Source of the DNA: a virus
DNA: 64,000 bases
IMG/VR virus record: IMGVR_UViG_3300032235_000647
Location: 32,001-96,000 of that record
Direction: 5' to 3' (one strand)
Shown here: piece by piece, positions 28,440 through 38,094 of the stretch
How positions within the stretch are numbered: the first letter of the stretch is position 1
How the letters are laid out: each line of letters starts with the position of its first letter
Position numbers and translations under genes: made by a program
Notes under the pieces: model-generated
What the model was told of the DNA's origin: nothing
Database searches by the model: none
What the model saw: only the letters and a program-made list of their open reading frames with translations

Positions 28440-29528
28440 TTATTTAATATTTGCTAATTGTTTGAATCTTTCAGCTAAAGCATTGCTTTCAGAAATAATC
28501 TCCTTCTTAGGAGCAGTTGAAGCAACTGGCTTAGATGCAAATGATTCGGTTAATTTGGTTTGTTTTACTTTTTTAGATGTACCACCCATTTTAAGTGATT
28601 CAGCTAAAGTAGAGAATACTAGTTTTACTTCTCTAACATTACCAGTTCTGTCTAATGTTTCAACAACTTTGTGCTTTTGCTCATTTGTCAAATCATAAGA
28701 ACGGAATAATTTGTTAGTGTAAAGTAATTTAGCGTTCAATAAGTTTACTTCATTAATGGTTTTCTTTAATGATTTGATTACTTTGTAAGCTTCTTCAAGT
28801 TCGGCTTCTTTTTCAGCCATTTCAGCTGCCATTTCTTCACCGTTTTCTTCTTCTTCAGAAACTTCTTCGTCATCACCATATCCCATTTCTCTCAAGATTT
28901 CGTCTAAATCGATTCCATCTGCTGCAGGCATTTCTTCTTCAGATTCTTCTTCATGCATTTCTTCGTCATCCTCTTCGTTCATTTCGTCTTCGGATTCTTC
29001 TTCGTGCATTTCTTCTTCCTCTTCTTCATGCATTTCTTCTTCACCTTCTTCTTCAAGTTCAGATTCCAATTCTCTGATGATTTCTGCTAAATCGAATTCA
29101 TCTTCGTCTTCTTCCTCTTCTTCAGGTAAATAAGATTGGGTTTCACCCGGTACTTCATCCTCGTCACCTTCAGATACAACATCATAGTCTTCTTCTTCTT
29201 TGCCTACTTCTGCTGTTTCTACTTCGGTATCAGGATTTCCTTTTGCTAATTCTGATGAGCTGTTAGCATCATCTGCTGGTTGCTTATTATCGCCAGTTCC
29301 AATATCAGATGCATCTTGATCTGGAGCTTCGCTTCCATCTGAATACTCTTCGTTTACTTCCTCTTCGTCATCCATATCTTCCATTTCTGCCTGGATTCTT
29401 CTGGATAAAGCGGCTTGTAATCTTGGAGCAAATGCTTCTTCTAGTGCGATTTTGGCGTTTGCAATTGCAGTTTCTCTAACGGCTTTGGCATCAGCAATAG
29501 CTTCTTTCAATAATTTTGAATTTGCCAT
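28440..29528 (-). CDS. gp22: Prohead core scaffold protein, T4 gp22-like
   Basis: Highly acidic coiled-coil protein immediately upstream of the capsid gene. Start placed at MANSKLLKEA (ATG 29528) after AGGAAGG. Confidence 0.8.
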   Translation of the reverse strand: MANSKLLKEAIADAKAVRETAIANAKIALEEAFAPRLQAALSRRIQAEMEDMDDEEEVNEEYSDGSEAPDQDASDIGTGDNKQPADDANSSSELAKGNPDTEVETAEVGKEEEDYDVVSEGDEDEVPGETQSYLPEEEEEDEDEFDLAEIIRELESELEEEGEEEMHEEEEEEMHEEESEDEMNEEDDEEMHEEESEEEMPAADGIDLDEILREMGYGDDEEVSEEEENGEEMAAEMAEKEAELEEAYKVIKSLKKTINEVNLLNAKLLYTNKLFRSYDLTNEQKHKVVETLDRTGNVREVKLVFSTLAESLKMGGTSKKVKQTKLTESFASKPVASTAPKKEIISESNALAERFKQLANIK

Positions 29529-29750
29529 TTTTTGACCTTCCTTTTGTTTTTTGTCCGTGAAATTATTAGGAGAATTCCAATGTGGGGTTGATTTAAGGTC
29601 GGTTGTTCGGTCACCACTTAATAAAGGGTATTCATTAACCAACTTTTTAATAAAAATTCACATTAATGGTGAATTAATTATAAATAAATATATAATATGA
29701 AAATTAAACCTATAATTTTCTATATAAAATATATATTTTTTGTAAAAAAA

Positions 29751-29999
29751 TTACTTTTTATTCTTTTTACCACTATTATACTCACCACTTGCCATTCGTT
29801 CCAACATAACTTTTCTTTGGTTTTCGCGAATAGCCTTTAATTTAGTAGTTCGTCTAACAGTTTTTGGTTTTGTAAATTCTTTTCTATCTCTCAATTCAAG
29901 AAGATGTCCTGAATCGTTTACTTTCTTTTTAAAAACCTTGAGTGCCTTTGCAATATCTCCGTTTTTAACTATAACCTTAATTAGTGCTGTTTTTGCCAT
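29751..29999 (-). CDS. rpsU: Phage-encoded 30S ribosomal protein bS21
   Basis: 82 aa, basic; VIVKNGDIAKALKVFKKKV..SG...ELRDRKEFTKPKTVRR matches the bS21 signature (ALxxFKK...ExRxRxxFxKP). Confidence 0.9.
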   Translation of the reverse strand: MAKTALIKVIVKNGDIAKALKVFKKKVNDSGHLLELRDRKEFTKPKTVRRTTKLKAIRENQRKVMLERMASGEYNSGKKNKK

Positions 30000-30042
30000 T
30001 TATATGAAAATTAATTTAATATAAGTATTCTTTTTTTATTTT

Positions 30043-30384
30043 TTAAGAACCTTTTCCTGTTCTAGATTTTTTACCACCAGTATGTGTAGATACATTTATT
30101 GGTTTTTTTCCTTGGCCTGGTGATTCGGAACCTCCTCTACCTGTCTTGTTTTGTGCTGCTCTTTTTCTACGAGTTGCAGATTCTTTTTCTTTTTTACTCA
30201 TAGTTTTTGCTTTTGCAGCAGGGACACACTTTGCATATCCACTCTTTTCTCCGCTCGTTCCACAAGGAGGATGTTTTCCACCAACTTTTTTACCAATATT
30301 AACCCACTTGGATTTGAACCAATTACGAAGGTCTTCATTGGTGGTTTGTTGAGATATTTCTTGTAGAATTTGATTGAGTTTCAT
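30043..30384 (-). CDS. Basic conserved phage protein, putative internal head protein
   Basis: MKLNQILQE leader; EDLRNWFKSKWVNI...PCG...YAKCVPAAKA motif recurrent in phages. Confidence 0.7.
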   Translation of the reverse strand: MKLNQILQEISQQTTNEDLRNWFKSKWVNIGKKVGGKHPPCGTSGEKSGYAKCVPAAKAKTMSKKEKESATRRKRAAQNKTGRGGSESPGQGKKPINVSTHTGGKKSRTGKGS

Positions 30385-30539
30385 TAGTCCTTACATTTTT
30401 TCCAACCACCACCCTTACCTTTGTAGTTTTTTGCAGCCCATCCATTTGCATAAGCAGAAGGATATACATCAAACTTCTTTTTTGCTGCTGCTTTGGATGC
30501 AGACCATTTTTCAGGGTCAGTTGGGCAATTCTTTTCCAT
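30384..30539 (-). CDS. 51-aa basic domain (KFDVYPSAYANGW), stand-alone or a -1 frameshift extension of the upstream gene
   Basis: MEKNCPTDPEKWSASKAAAKKKFDVYPSAYANGWAAKNYKGKGGGWKKCKD; its stop overlaps the next ATG (TAATG); the frame is open back to the A10 run. Confidence 0.7.
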   Translation of the reverse strand: MEKNCPTDPEKWSASKAAAKKKFDVYPSAYANGWAAKNYKGKGGGWKKCKD

Positions 30540-30568
30540 CAATTTTTGGACTTCTTCACCTAATCTAA

Positions 30569-31216
30569 TTAATTCAGATTTTTTTTTTCGTCTAGTTTAG
30601 ATTCTAACTTAGTTCTTATTTTATTAGTAACTCTATTCAATTCTTTTTTATCAATACCTAGTGCATCCAAAACTCTACCCATTACTTGTAATTTTTGTGG
30701 ATATGTTAGTTTCTTTGCATCAAGTATATCTAACGCCTTTTGTAATTTGAGTCTTACATCACCGGGAATTGGTGCCTTATTAACATCTTCACCTGCTTCG
30801 GATATGGATTCTCTGATTCCTAATCTTTTTTTCATTTCGTCTTCAGTAATTTCTCCCATCTTGTAATATCTATTAAGAATATGACCCATATCTTCATACA
30901 ATCCGTGTAATCTCTGGTCTAATGAATTAGCTTCAGTTGCACACTTATCAAACTCTTTACCTAACTTATCTAATTCATTCAAGTTTCGTTTGATAGTCAC
31001 TTTATCAAACCAGTCATCACTTTCACCTAACAATAAAGTTTTTGCAGCTTCGGTAATTCCACCTAAAACTTCTGCAACTTCGGTAATATCGGATTTTCTA
31101 TCCATCATTTCTTGATATTTGTTATATGTAGAAATGATTTCAAGGAAGTGTTTCTTCACTTGAGGTGATAATGTTCTAGGTTCTTCGTTTTCTTTTAGTA
31201 ATTTAGTTAATTTCAT
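30569..31216 (-). CDS. Putative internal head/core protein
   Basis: MKLTKLLKE leader and AGGAG SD; helical; ends just after an A10 run. Confidence 0.7.
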   Translation of the reverse strand: MKLTKLLKENEEPRTLSPQVKKHFLEIISTYNKYQEMMDRKSDITEVAEVLGGITEAAKTLLLGESDDWFDKVTIKRNLNELDKLGKEFDKCATEANSLDQRLHGLYEDMGHILNRYYKMGEITEDEMKKRLGIRESISEAGEDVNKAPIPGDVRLKLQKALDILDAKKLTYPQKLQVMGRVLDALGIDKKELNRVTNKIRTKLESKLDEKKNLN

Positions 31217-31235
31217 TAGTATATTCTCCTATATG

Positions 31236-31487
31236 TTAATAAATACCAGGTCGGTCACCTTTTTTCATGGTATCTGCCCAAGTTTGAAACATTTTTTTAA
31301 TATCTGCTGGTAATTGTTTATCTCTTATCGTTAAAACTCCATCTTTACTGATATGGGCAATTATTTTATAGTCACCATTTTTTTCTTCGGCTCTATTCCA
31401 AATAGTTAAACCATTACCCATCCATCCCGAACCGATATCGTATTTTTTTGTTTCTTTAAGAATTGAAGTTAAACGAGTTGATTTCAT
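31236..31487 (-). CDS. Small putative internal head protein
   Basis: MKSTRLTSILKE leader and AGGAG SD. Confidence 0.7.
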   Translation of the reverse strand: MKSTRLTSILKETKKYDIGSGWMGNGLTIWNRAEEKNGDYKIIAHISKDGVLTIRDKQLPADIKKMFQTWADTMKKGDRPGIY

Positions 31488-31499
31488 TAGTATAATCTC

Positions 31500-34289
31500 C
31501 TATCTAAATTTATTAATCAAGGATCTAAAACGAGATCCAAGTGAACCTTTTTTTGATTTATCAGCATCCGATTCTCTGTCACGATTTTGAGTAGGTGGCG
31601 GAGGAGGAGGCGGTGGCGGTGGAATTGAACCTGCTGGTCTTGGTTTCACACCTGGTGCACTTCCACTCTTTGGAATCGGTGGAGGTGGAGGTGGAGGAAG
31701 TTTACGAGCAGGTGCTGCAGCCTTTGGTGCTACCGTAGGTGGAACTTTAACCGAAGGTTTAGTATCCCACTTACTATTAGGTGCAACTGCTTTTGAAGAA
31801 TCCCATCCACTTGGTGCATTTTTTATCCAATCTGGCTCTTCCCATGCTCCTCCTTTTGAAGTTGTAGGTGGAGGAGTTTTCAAAGATGGTTTTCCACTAG
31901 GTGGTGGAGGTGGAGGTGGCGGTGGAACCGCACCTTTTGGTCTTACACCAGGAGGTGTTCCAACAGATTTTCCACTAGGTGGAGCAATAACTGGTGGTTT
32001 AGCCTTTACACCAGGAGGTGGACCGAGTGGTGCCTTTGGTGCAGAAGGTGGAGCAATAACTGGTGGTTTAGCCTTTACACCAGGAGGTGTTCCAACAGAT
32101 TTTCCACTAGGTGGTGGAGGTGGAGGTGGCGGTGGAACCGCACCTTTTGGTCTTACACCAGGAGGTGGTCCCATAACTTTAGTTCCAACAGGTGGTTGAG
32201 CATTTTTAGGAGGTGGACCCATTACTTTAGTTCCAACTGGTGGTTGAGCATTTCTAGGAGGGGCACTTGTCACCTTAGTTCCCATTGCTGGTTTAGCATT
32301 AGTTGGAGGTGGACCCATTACTTTAGTTCCCATTGCTGGTTTAGCATTAGTTGGTGCTTGTTGTTTTACATCCGGAGCGTGCTTAAACATATTCGAACCT
32401 TTTATTGCAGCACCTGCTGGTTTTTTTGGTTCATTTCCTGCACTTGATGACTTAGAATCAGTTGGTGTATATTTCCCACTATCATCTTTCTTAAATGTAG
32501 GTGCATTTGCATCCTTTTCCTTGCCCTTTTCCTTATATCTACCATATCCAATATGGGTATATTTATCATCCTCACTTGCTTCTTTAAGAATTGAAGTTAA
32601 ACGAGTTGATTTACTCTCTTTAATTACTGATTGAATTGTATCTGCTAATTTGTGAAAACCATTCATTCTTAGAGTATACGCGATACCATCAATTGCAGTA
32701 TCACCACTCCATTCTGCTTCTTGTGAAGCAGTTGTTCCTAAATTTCTAGCAAATCTATCAACATCATCGGTATACTTAGATGCATATTTTGCTCGAATTG
32801 CATTCATCTTTTCTTTATAATTAGGGTCATCCATTGATGGGTAATCTGGTTTTTCTGCCAACTCAGGTTTTCCTTCTAATTTAGCAACCAATTCTCTTGC
32901 TTCACCATGGAAGTTCGAATCAGTTAATGCTTCAACTGCTGCTTGAGCCATTTGTTTTTGATATTCTTCTTTACCTAATTTCTCAGGAGTAATACCATAC
33001 GAATCTGCTTTTGCTTTTACTGCTTTATTTACCTTTGGATTACCTTTTCTTTGTTGTTTAGGTTGTGATTTGGGTTCTTCCATTGAATCATCAAATGATT
33101 TTGCATCATTCCAATCATCAGGAACTATGAATGTATCACTACCATAGGTTTGAATACCTTTAACGGTTCCCATACCAACAAAGGTTGGTTTACCGTTAAT
33201 AACCAATGTTTGGTTTTTTGGATTCATTACTACTTCACCACTATATTCTTTATCACCATCCTTATAGACTACGGGTCTTCCTACTTCAAAGTCATCACCC
33301 CATCTATCTGGTTTTGATGATTTTGGTTCATCTTTTTTAGGACCCTCTTGATTTGCATCAGCCTTCTTAGCGGCAACTCCAATTTCTTCAGCAAATTTGT
33401 TTGCCATAGGAATTGCATCCTTGATATCCATATCAATTACAATAACTTTCATGTTAGCAGGTTTTCCATCTGCAATTGCGGCGGAAGTTACGGCTGCCCA
33501 TCTATGGTGACCATCAATTACATATCCATCTCTACTCACATAGATTGGGGCTGTTATTGCTGGATGGTTAGGGTCTTTTTCTAATGCCTTTGACATACCA
33601 GCTACTTTAGCACCAACCAATTCAGATTGAGTTGCTTTTAATCTATCGGATGGTATTTCAGTTTCTGCAGTTTTGATACCTTTTTCCTTCAACATTTTTT
33701 TGAACACTGGTTCAGTATCAACTTCACCACTAGCATCAACTGCCATTTTAGAAGCAGGAGAACCAGGAGTTGGTTTTCCTTTGAATTGTGGCATCTCTTC
33801 ACGAGGAATACCAGCATTACCTTCACAATATAAGTTAGTTCCAGGAACTGTTATTTTACACAAATTGAAGTTTGGTGCAGCTTCTCCTTTTTCTTTTGCT
33901 TGTTTTGCAAGTTCTGCTAACTTATCAATCTGCATTGAGATTTCTTTCTTCTGTGAATCAGGTATTTTATTTATGTCAGATTGTCCAGTAAAAGTTTCTT
34001 TATCTGCCTTCGGCATTAATGTTGTAAGTTTACTTGAAGAAACTTTTGGAGTATCTGATTTTTCTTTTTTATCCGAAGTCTTTGGTTTAGCAAAAATATT
34101 TACCTTTGGAGTATCTTTTTTAGAATCTTTACCACTTGTAGGCTCATCGGATTTAATAGGAACATATTTTCCTTGGTCAGTCTTTTTAAAAGTCTGAGCC
34201 TTAGGGTCTTTTTCCTTACCTTTTTCTTTATATTTACCATACCCAACGTGAGTATATTCGGCCTCTAAAAGTAAATTTTTTAATCTCAT
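31500..34289 (-). CDS. Multidomain putative internal head protein with a ParB/Srx-like domain and proline-rich tail
   Basis: Probable start MRLKNLLLE (GGAG upstream). Contains a LKATQSEL...PIYVSRDGYVIDGHHRWAA ParB-N motif, two YTHxGYG modules and P8 runs at the C-terminus. Confidence 0.75.
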   Translation of the reverse strand: MRLKNLLLEAEYTHVGYGKYKEKGKEKDPKAQTFKKTDQGKYVPIKSDEPTSGKDSKKDTPKVNIFAKPKTSDKKEKSDTPKVSSSKLTTLMPKADKETFTGQSDINKIPDSQKKEISMQIDKLAELAKQAKEKGEAAPNFNLCKITVPGTNLYCEGNAGIPREEMPQFKGKPTPGSPASKMAVDASGEVDTEPVFKKMLKEKGIKTAETEIPSDRLKATQSELVGAKVAGMSKALEKDPNHPAITAPIYVSRDGYVIDGHHRWAAVTSAAIADGKPANMKVIVIDMDIKDAIPMANKFAEEIGVAAKKADANQEGPKKDEPKSSKPDRWGDDFEVGRPVVYKDGDKEYSGEVVMNPKNQTLVINGKPTFVGMGTVKGIQTYGSDTFIVPDDWNDAKSFDDSMEEPKSQPKQQRKGNPKVNKAVKAKADSYGITPEKLGKEEYQKQMAQAAVEALTDSNFHGEARELVAKLEGKPELAEKPDYPSMDDPNYKEKMNAIRAKYASKYTDDVDRFARNLGTTASQEAEWSGDTAIDGIAYTLRMNGFHKLADTIQSVIKESKSTRLTSILKEASEDDKYTHIGYGRYKEKGKEKDANAPTFKKDDSGKYTPTDSKSSSAGNEPKKPAGAAIKGSNMFKHAPDVKQQAPTNAKPAMGTKVMGPPPTNAKPAMGTKVTSAPPRNAQPPVGTKVMGPPPKNAQPPVGTKVMGPPPGVRPKGAVPPPPPPPPPSGKSVGTPPGVKAKPPVIAPPSAPKAPLGPPPGVKAKPPVIAPPSGKSVGTPPGVRPKGAVPPPPPPPPPSGKPSLKTPPPTTSKGGAWEEPDWIKNAPSGWDSSKAVAPNSKWDTKPSVKVPPTVAPKAAAPARKLPPPPPPPIPKSGSAPGVKPRPAGSIPPPPPPPPPPTQNRDRESDADKSKKGSLGSRFRSLINKFR

Positions 34290-34291
34290 TC

Positions 34292-34489
34292 TTATCTCCA
34301 CTTATGGGTTGTTTCTACTTTTTTATTTGTATAAAGGTCTAATTTACCATCTTCGGTAAATTTAACTTCGTAATTTGTTTTTCTTATATCATTATGACCA
34401 CCTTTGTAGGGAGTATCGCCAACTTCTTTTTGGATTTTACCAACATTGATTGTATTCTTGGCCATATAATCTTTTATATCGAATGCCAT
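34292..34489 (-). CDS. Hypothetical head-module protein
   Basis: 65-aa ORF starting 4 nt after the protease stop. Confidence 0.6.
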   Translation of the reverse strand: MAFDIKDYMAKNTINVGKIQKEVGDTPYKGGHNDIRKTNYEVKFTEDGKLDLYTNKKVETTHKWR

Positions 34490-34493
34490 ATAA

Positions 34494-35084
34494 TTAGTGT
34501 AATTCTGTTATAATTTCTCTCATCAAGTCTTGTGCTTTGCAGTAATCACCACAAACAACACCCTCTTGAATGTTTTTATTTACTGATTCTTGTAATGGAG
34601 TCATGAACGCACCATGAGTAGATGGATTAGAAACGAAATCCCAACCAATCAATTCAAAGTCATCACCAACTTTTACCTTACCTTCACCTATATTCGTCAC
34701 CGAACCCATACCACGAGATGATATTCCTAATAGAATACCAGCTCTTAATAACTCTTTAAGTATATTTCCTGATGGAGTTGGAAGTATTTCAACGGTACCA
34801 ACCAAATCATCACCATCCCAATGAATTTCTCTTACATTGTGAGAAACATTCTTCAAGTTGATTACAGAAGAATCAGGATGGTCTAACTCGCCCAATGCTC
34901 TTCTTTCTTTAATAAGAGTTTCGTATTTCTTAGCCTCTCTCATTAAGATTTCTCTTGGATATATTCTACCATTTTGGTTTTCTGCACCTGCTCGTTGTAA
35001 AATACCCTTAACGAGAGTTCTTCCACTCGCGTCTTCGTTTATTCTACCTTCAAATAGGTTTGTTTCTATTAGTAATGATTTCAT
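34494..35084 (-). CDS. gp21: Prohead maturation protease, T4 gp21-like
   Basis: NQNGRIYP, ALGELDHP, VSH, GISSRGMGS and DFVSNPS catalytic motifs. Confidence 0.95.
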   Translation of the reverse strand: MKSLLIETNLFEGRINEDASGRTLVKGILQRAGAENQNGRIYPREILMREAKKYETLIKERRALGELDHPDSSVINLKNVSHNVREIHWDGDDLVGTVEILPTPSGNILKELLRAGILLGISSRGMGSVTNIGEGKVKVGDDFELIGWDFVSNPSTHGAFMTPLQESVNKNIQEGVVCGDYCKAQDLMREIITELH

Positions 35085-35092
35085 TTTAATCC

Positions 35093-36523
35093 TTATCTTT
35101 TTAATTTTACAACTTTAATAGTTGGTTTTACTGCTTCGTTTACTGACTCATCAGCTGGATACTTGATACCAAATTTTGCTAGCGCTTTTCTTTTGTATTC
35201 TAACGCCTTTGCAGCTCTACTTAGATATTTTTTAAAAAATGCAAGCATCTCCTCTTTTGTATCAAATGCCTGTGACCCCCTAAACTGTGTATCACTTAAA
35301 TCAGTAGTCCAAAATGCGGCAGAACCTCTATCATAGTCATAGTATCCTACAATTTTACCATTTAATAATATTTTACCATCTTTAGCAATTAGACTTTCGT
35401 TTACTGACTCTACTGCGTATTTGGTTTCCGATTCACCCAATTGTTTTCCAAATTCATCCCAAATCTGTAATGCTCTTTTTTGAACACCTTCTTTAGAATT
35501 ACTTGCACCAACTGGAATAACTTTCTGAAGTTTACCACGAACTACAAACCCACCATACATGGTCTCACCCTTTGTAGTTTTGACTACTACTATTTGAATA
35601 CCTTGTTCATTTTTAAGTTTACTTACAACTTTAATAGTTGGCTTTGATGCTTCGTTTACTGATTTACTTTCAGCCATACCATTATAAGTTAATAGTTTTT
35701 TATGTTTTTTAGCAAACATGGAAACTATTTTTAATACTTCGGCTTCACTCTTAATATATCTCTTTTCCTCAATGGTATCATTTTGTGTTCTTTGAACTAA
35801 CACATGATATGTTCCTTCAATTTTTTTATCGCCATCAACATATCCAGGTCCTCTTCTTACTTCTATAAGATTTGAATATAAAGGACTATCACCATGCATA
35901 GGATGGGGTAATATAAAGTAGTATTTTTCTTCTCCTATAAATCTACCACCTAATGGGGAATGGCCTACTTTAAGTTTATTAATACCCAATTCTTTTTTAA
36001 TAATTACTTCTATTTTTTTAGCAAGATTTGATGGGAAATGTTCGGTTGCTTCGTTTACACCCCCTACTTCGGATTTTCCTTCCGATACATCCCATTGTTT
36101 TTTAGTCATTATACTATGTCCACCAGGACTTTTCATGACCCATGCTTTTGCTTCACTACCTGATTTAAATGTTTTGACCAATTTTGGGCCTTTTGGAGTT
36201 TTTTCAATCCCAACCCATGCCCCAGATGCCATTGCTTCGTTTGTTTTACCAGCTCTTAATGCAGCTAAATCAGATGCCTCAATCTCACCATCACCATCAA
36301 CATCTAATTTGTGTTGATTGCCAGTCAATTCTTCGTTCTTTTCACCCTTAGCATCCCAAGCGGCATCAATTTTGTTAAAGAAAGCCTTTTTTTCTTCATC
36401 ACTCATATCAGGAATAGACTTTCCAGCCTTTTCTAATGCTCTTTTAAAGAACTCTTGATACTCTGATTCATCTATCATTACTTCTCTTACGATACCTTTG
36501 AATTGTTCTTTTGTTATTTTCAT
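35093..36523 (-). CDS. Modular putative internal head protein with an EF-hand-like motif
   Basis: QHKLDVDGDGEIEASDL; segments separated by repeated (S)VNE|A/S; AGGAG SD. Confidence 0.7.
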   Translation of the reverse strand: MKITKEQFKGIVREVMIDESEYQEFFKRALEKAGKSIPDMSDEEKKAFFNKIDAAWDAKGEKNEELTGNQHKLDVDGDGEIEASDLAALRAGKTNEAMASGAWVGIEKTPKGPKLVKTFKSGSEAKAWVMKSPGGHSIMTKKQWDVSEGKSEVGGVNEATEHFPSNLAKKIEVIIKKELGINKLKVGHSPLGGRFIGEEKYYFILPHPMHGDSPLYSNLIEVRRGPGYVDGDKKIEGTYHVLVQRTQNDTIEEKRYIKSEAEVLKIVSMFAKKHKKLLTYNGMAESKSVNEASKPTIKVVSKLKNEQGIQIVVVKTTKGETMYGGFVVRGKLQKVIPVGASNSKEGVQKRALQIWDEFGKQLGESETKYAVESVNESLIAKDGKILLNGKIVGYYDYDRGSAAFWTTDLSDTQFRGSQAFDTKEEMLAFFKKYLSRAAKALEYKRKALAKFGIKYPADESVNEAVKPTIKVVKLKR

Positions 36524-37173
36524 TTTTCTATCTCCTGAAGAGTTCTTGCTATGTTAATTAATCTTTCTTTTATTTTATAAATATGGGTGTTGGTTCTTTT
36601 CCAATAGTTATCGGAATCCAACTCATTGATGTTTTTAATCTTGTTATACCAAGAAAAAAACTTTTCAACTTCTGCCAATTGATATTTTAATTCTTTCAAT
36701 CCAGTTGCCAATTTTTTATTAGCATGCATTGATGTATCATTCTTTAATTCTAACCAACGATTTTCGGTTATAGATTCATCTATTTTAAAATCCTTGAAGT
36801 TTCCTATATGAGATGCAAGAGCAGCAGAATGATATAGTTTACCACTAATTTTATTTTTAAAACTATTTGCACCGATTTTAACAAAAGGTCCATATCCACC
36901 ACCTGAAACTTTAGCCCCATTTGGTAATCCCTTTAATTGTTTTTCTCTGTCTTGAAGATTTGTTTCAGTAATATTATCTACATCATTATCAACTACCGAA
37001 TACCCTAATTGAGTTGCAATTTTCTTTCTTCTTTGGGAATCGGATTTACGTGAAAAAGCATGAGGAGTCTGATATCCATCAGTATTACCTGTCACATTGG
37101 ATTCTTCTAACTCCTTTTCAACTTCGTGAATAAGTTCGTCTATGTATTTTTTAAGAGATTCTTTTTTTAACAT
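36520..37173 (-). CDS. Hypothetical head-module protein
   Basis: 217 aa; GYQTPHAF motif, several ITE| sites and a coiled-coil C-terminus. Confidence 0.65.
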   Translation of the reverse strand: MLKKESLKKYIDELIHEVEKELEESNVTGNTDGYQTPHAFSRKSDSQRRKKIATQLGYSVVDNDVDNITETNLQDREKQLKGLPNGAKVSGGGYGPFVKIGANSFKNKISGKLYHSAALASHIGNFKDFKIDESITENRWLELKNDTSMHANKKLATGLKELKYQLAEVEKFFSWYNKIKNINELDSDNYWKRTNTHIYKIKERLINIARTLQEIEK

Positions 37174-38020
37174 TTTTTATTTCCTTTACCAATTCATACG
37201 CCATCATTAAAGAAGAAACTTGTTCATCGGTAACTTTCTTACCAATTTTTTGTGTCTTTAATACATTAATAGTTTCTTTTAATTTGATTTTTGTAATTCT
37301 ATCTTCCATTTTTGTATAAATGGAATGTAGTTCAGTTATTACTAGTTTTAATTGATTAGAATAATATTCACCAAATTTAGATGTATTGGTAACATTGTTA
37401 ATATATTCTCTCAATAAATTTTTCTGAACATCATTGAGATTTGAATATTTCTTATTAAATGTTTCAAGAAGGATTTTATAAGTAAGTAAACGAAGATCCT
37501 TTTCTTGTTTTTTATAATCTTCAACCAGTCTATCTTCTTTTTGCTTTAATGTAGGACTTGATGTAGATATATGTTCTACCAATGTTAATTTTGAATCAAA
37601 TATATCTTTTATATCGGAAATATCAGATTTTTTAGCCTCAAATAGTTTATGAATCGAAGCCAATACTCTATAATTTGTTACAGGTGAAGTTAAGAAATTA
37701 TCAATTTCAAATGTTTCTTTAATTGCCTTTACAAGATTATATTTTTCTTTAATGAGTTTTTGTTCATCAAGTTTAGTTCTAGCCTCTAATATAGCATCAA
37801 TAAACTTTTCAGCTTTAGATTCTGTATTATACTTTTCATCTATTAAAAGTTTATATAGACGAAGTTCTTTAGATAATTCAGTCCCATTACCAAAGAATTC
37901 GGCTACAATTTTTTTAGCTTTCTCAGGAGAGTTGTTTAATATCTCTAAAGTTATTTGACGGGTTAATAGTTCAAATAGAAAACCCGTATTTTTAAATTTA
38001 GAATGTTTAATTTTTTTCAT
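37151..38020 (-). CDS. Conserved head-module protein between portal and protease (prohead core-like)
   Basis: 289 aa, helical; starts KHSKFKNTGFLFELL; occupies the position of T4 core genes 67/68. Confidence 0.6.
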   Translation of the reverse strand: MKKIKHSKFKNTGFLFELLTRQITLEILNNSPEKAKKIVAEFFGNGTELSKELRLYKLLIDEKYNTESKAEKFIDAILEARTKLDEQKLIKEKYNLVKAIKETFEIDNFLTSPVTNYRVLASIHKLFEAKKSDISDIKDIFDSKLTLVEHISTSSPTLKQKEDRLVEDYKKQEKDLRLLTYKILLETFNKKYSNLNDVQKNLLREYINNVTNTSKFGEYYSNQLKLVITELHSIYTKMEDRITKIKLKETINVLKTQKIGKKVTDEQVSSLMMAYELVKEIKNVKKRIS

Positions 38021-38094
38021 ATTTACTCAATTATTTATTTTGATATACTCAAAAACTCTTATATAAATATAAATATTTTTTTGATTTGTTATTT

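Noticed and set aside
29529-29642. 38-aa N-terminal extension of the scaffold protein given by the ORF track
   Set aside because: It uses a non-ATG start with no SD. The ATG at 29528 has AGGAAGG and begins with the shared ...LLKE leader.
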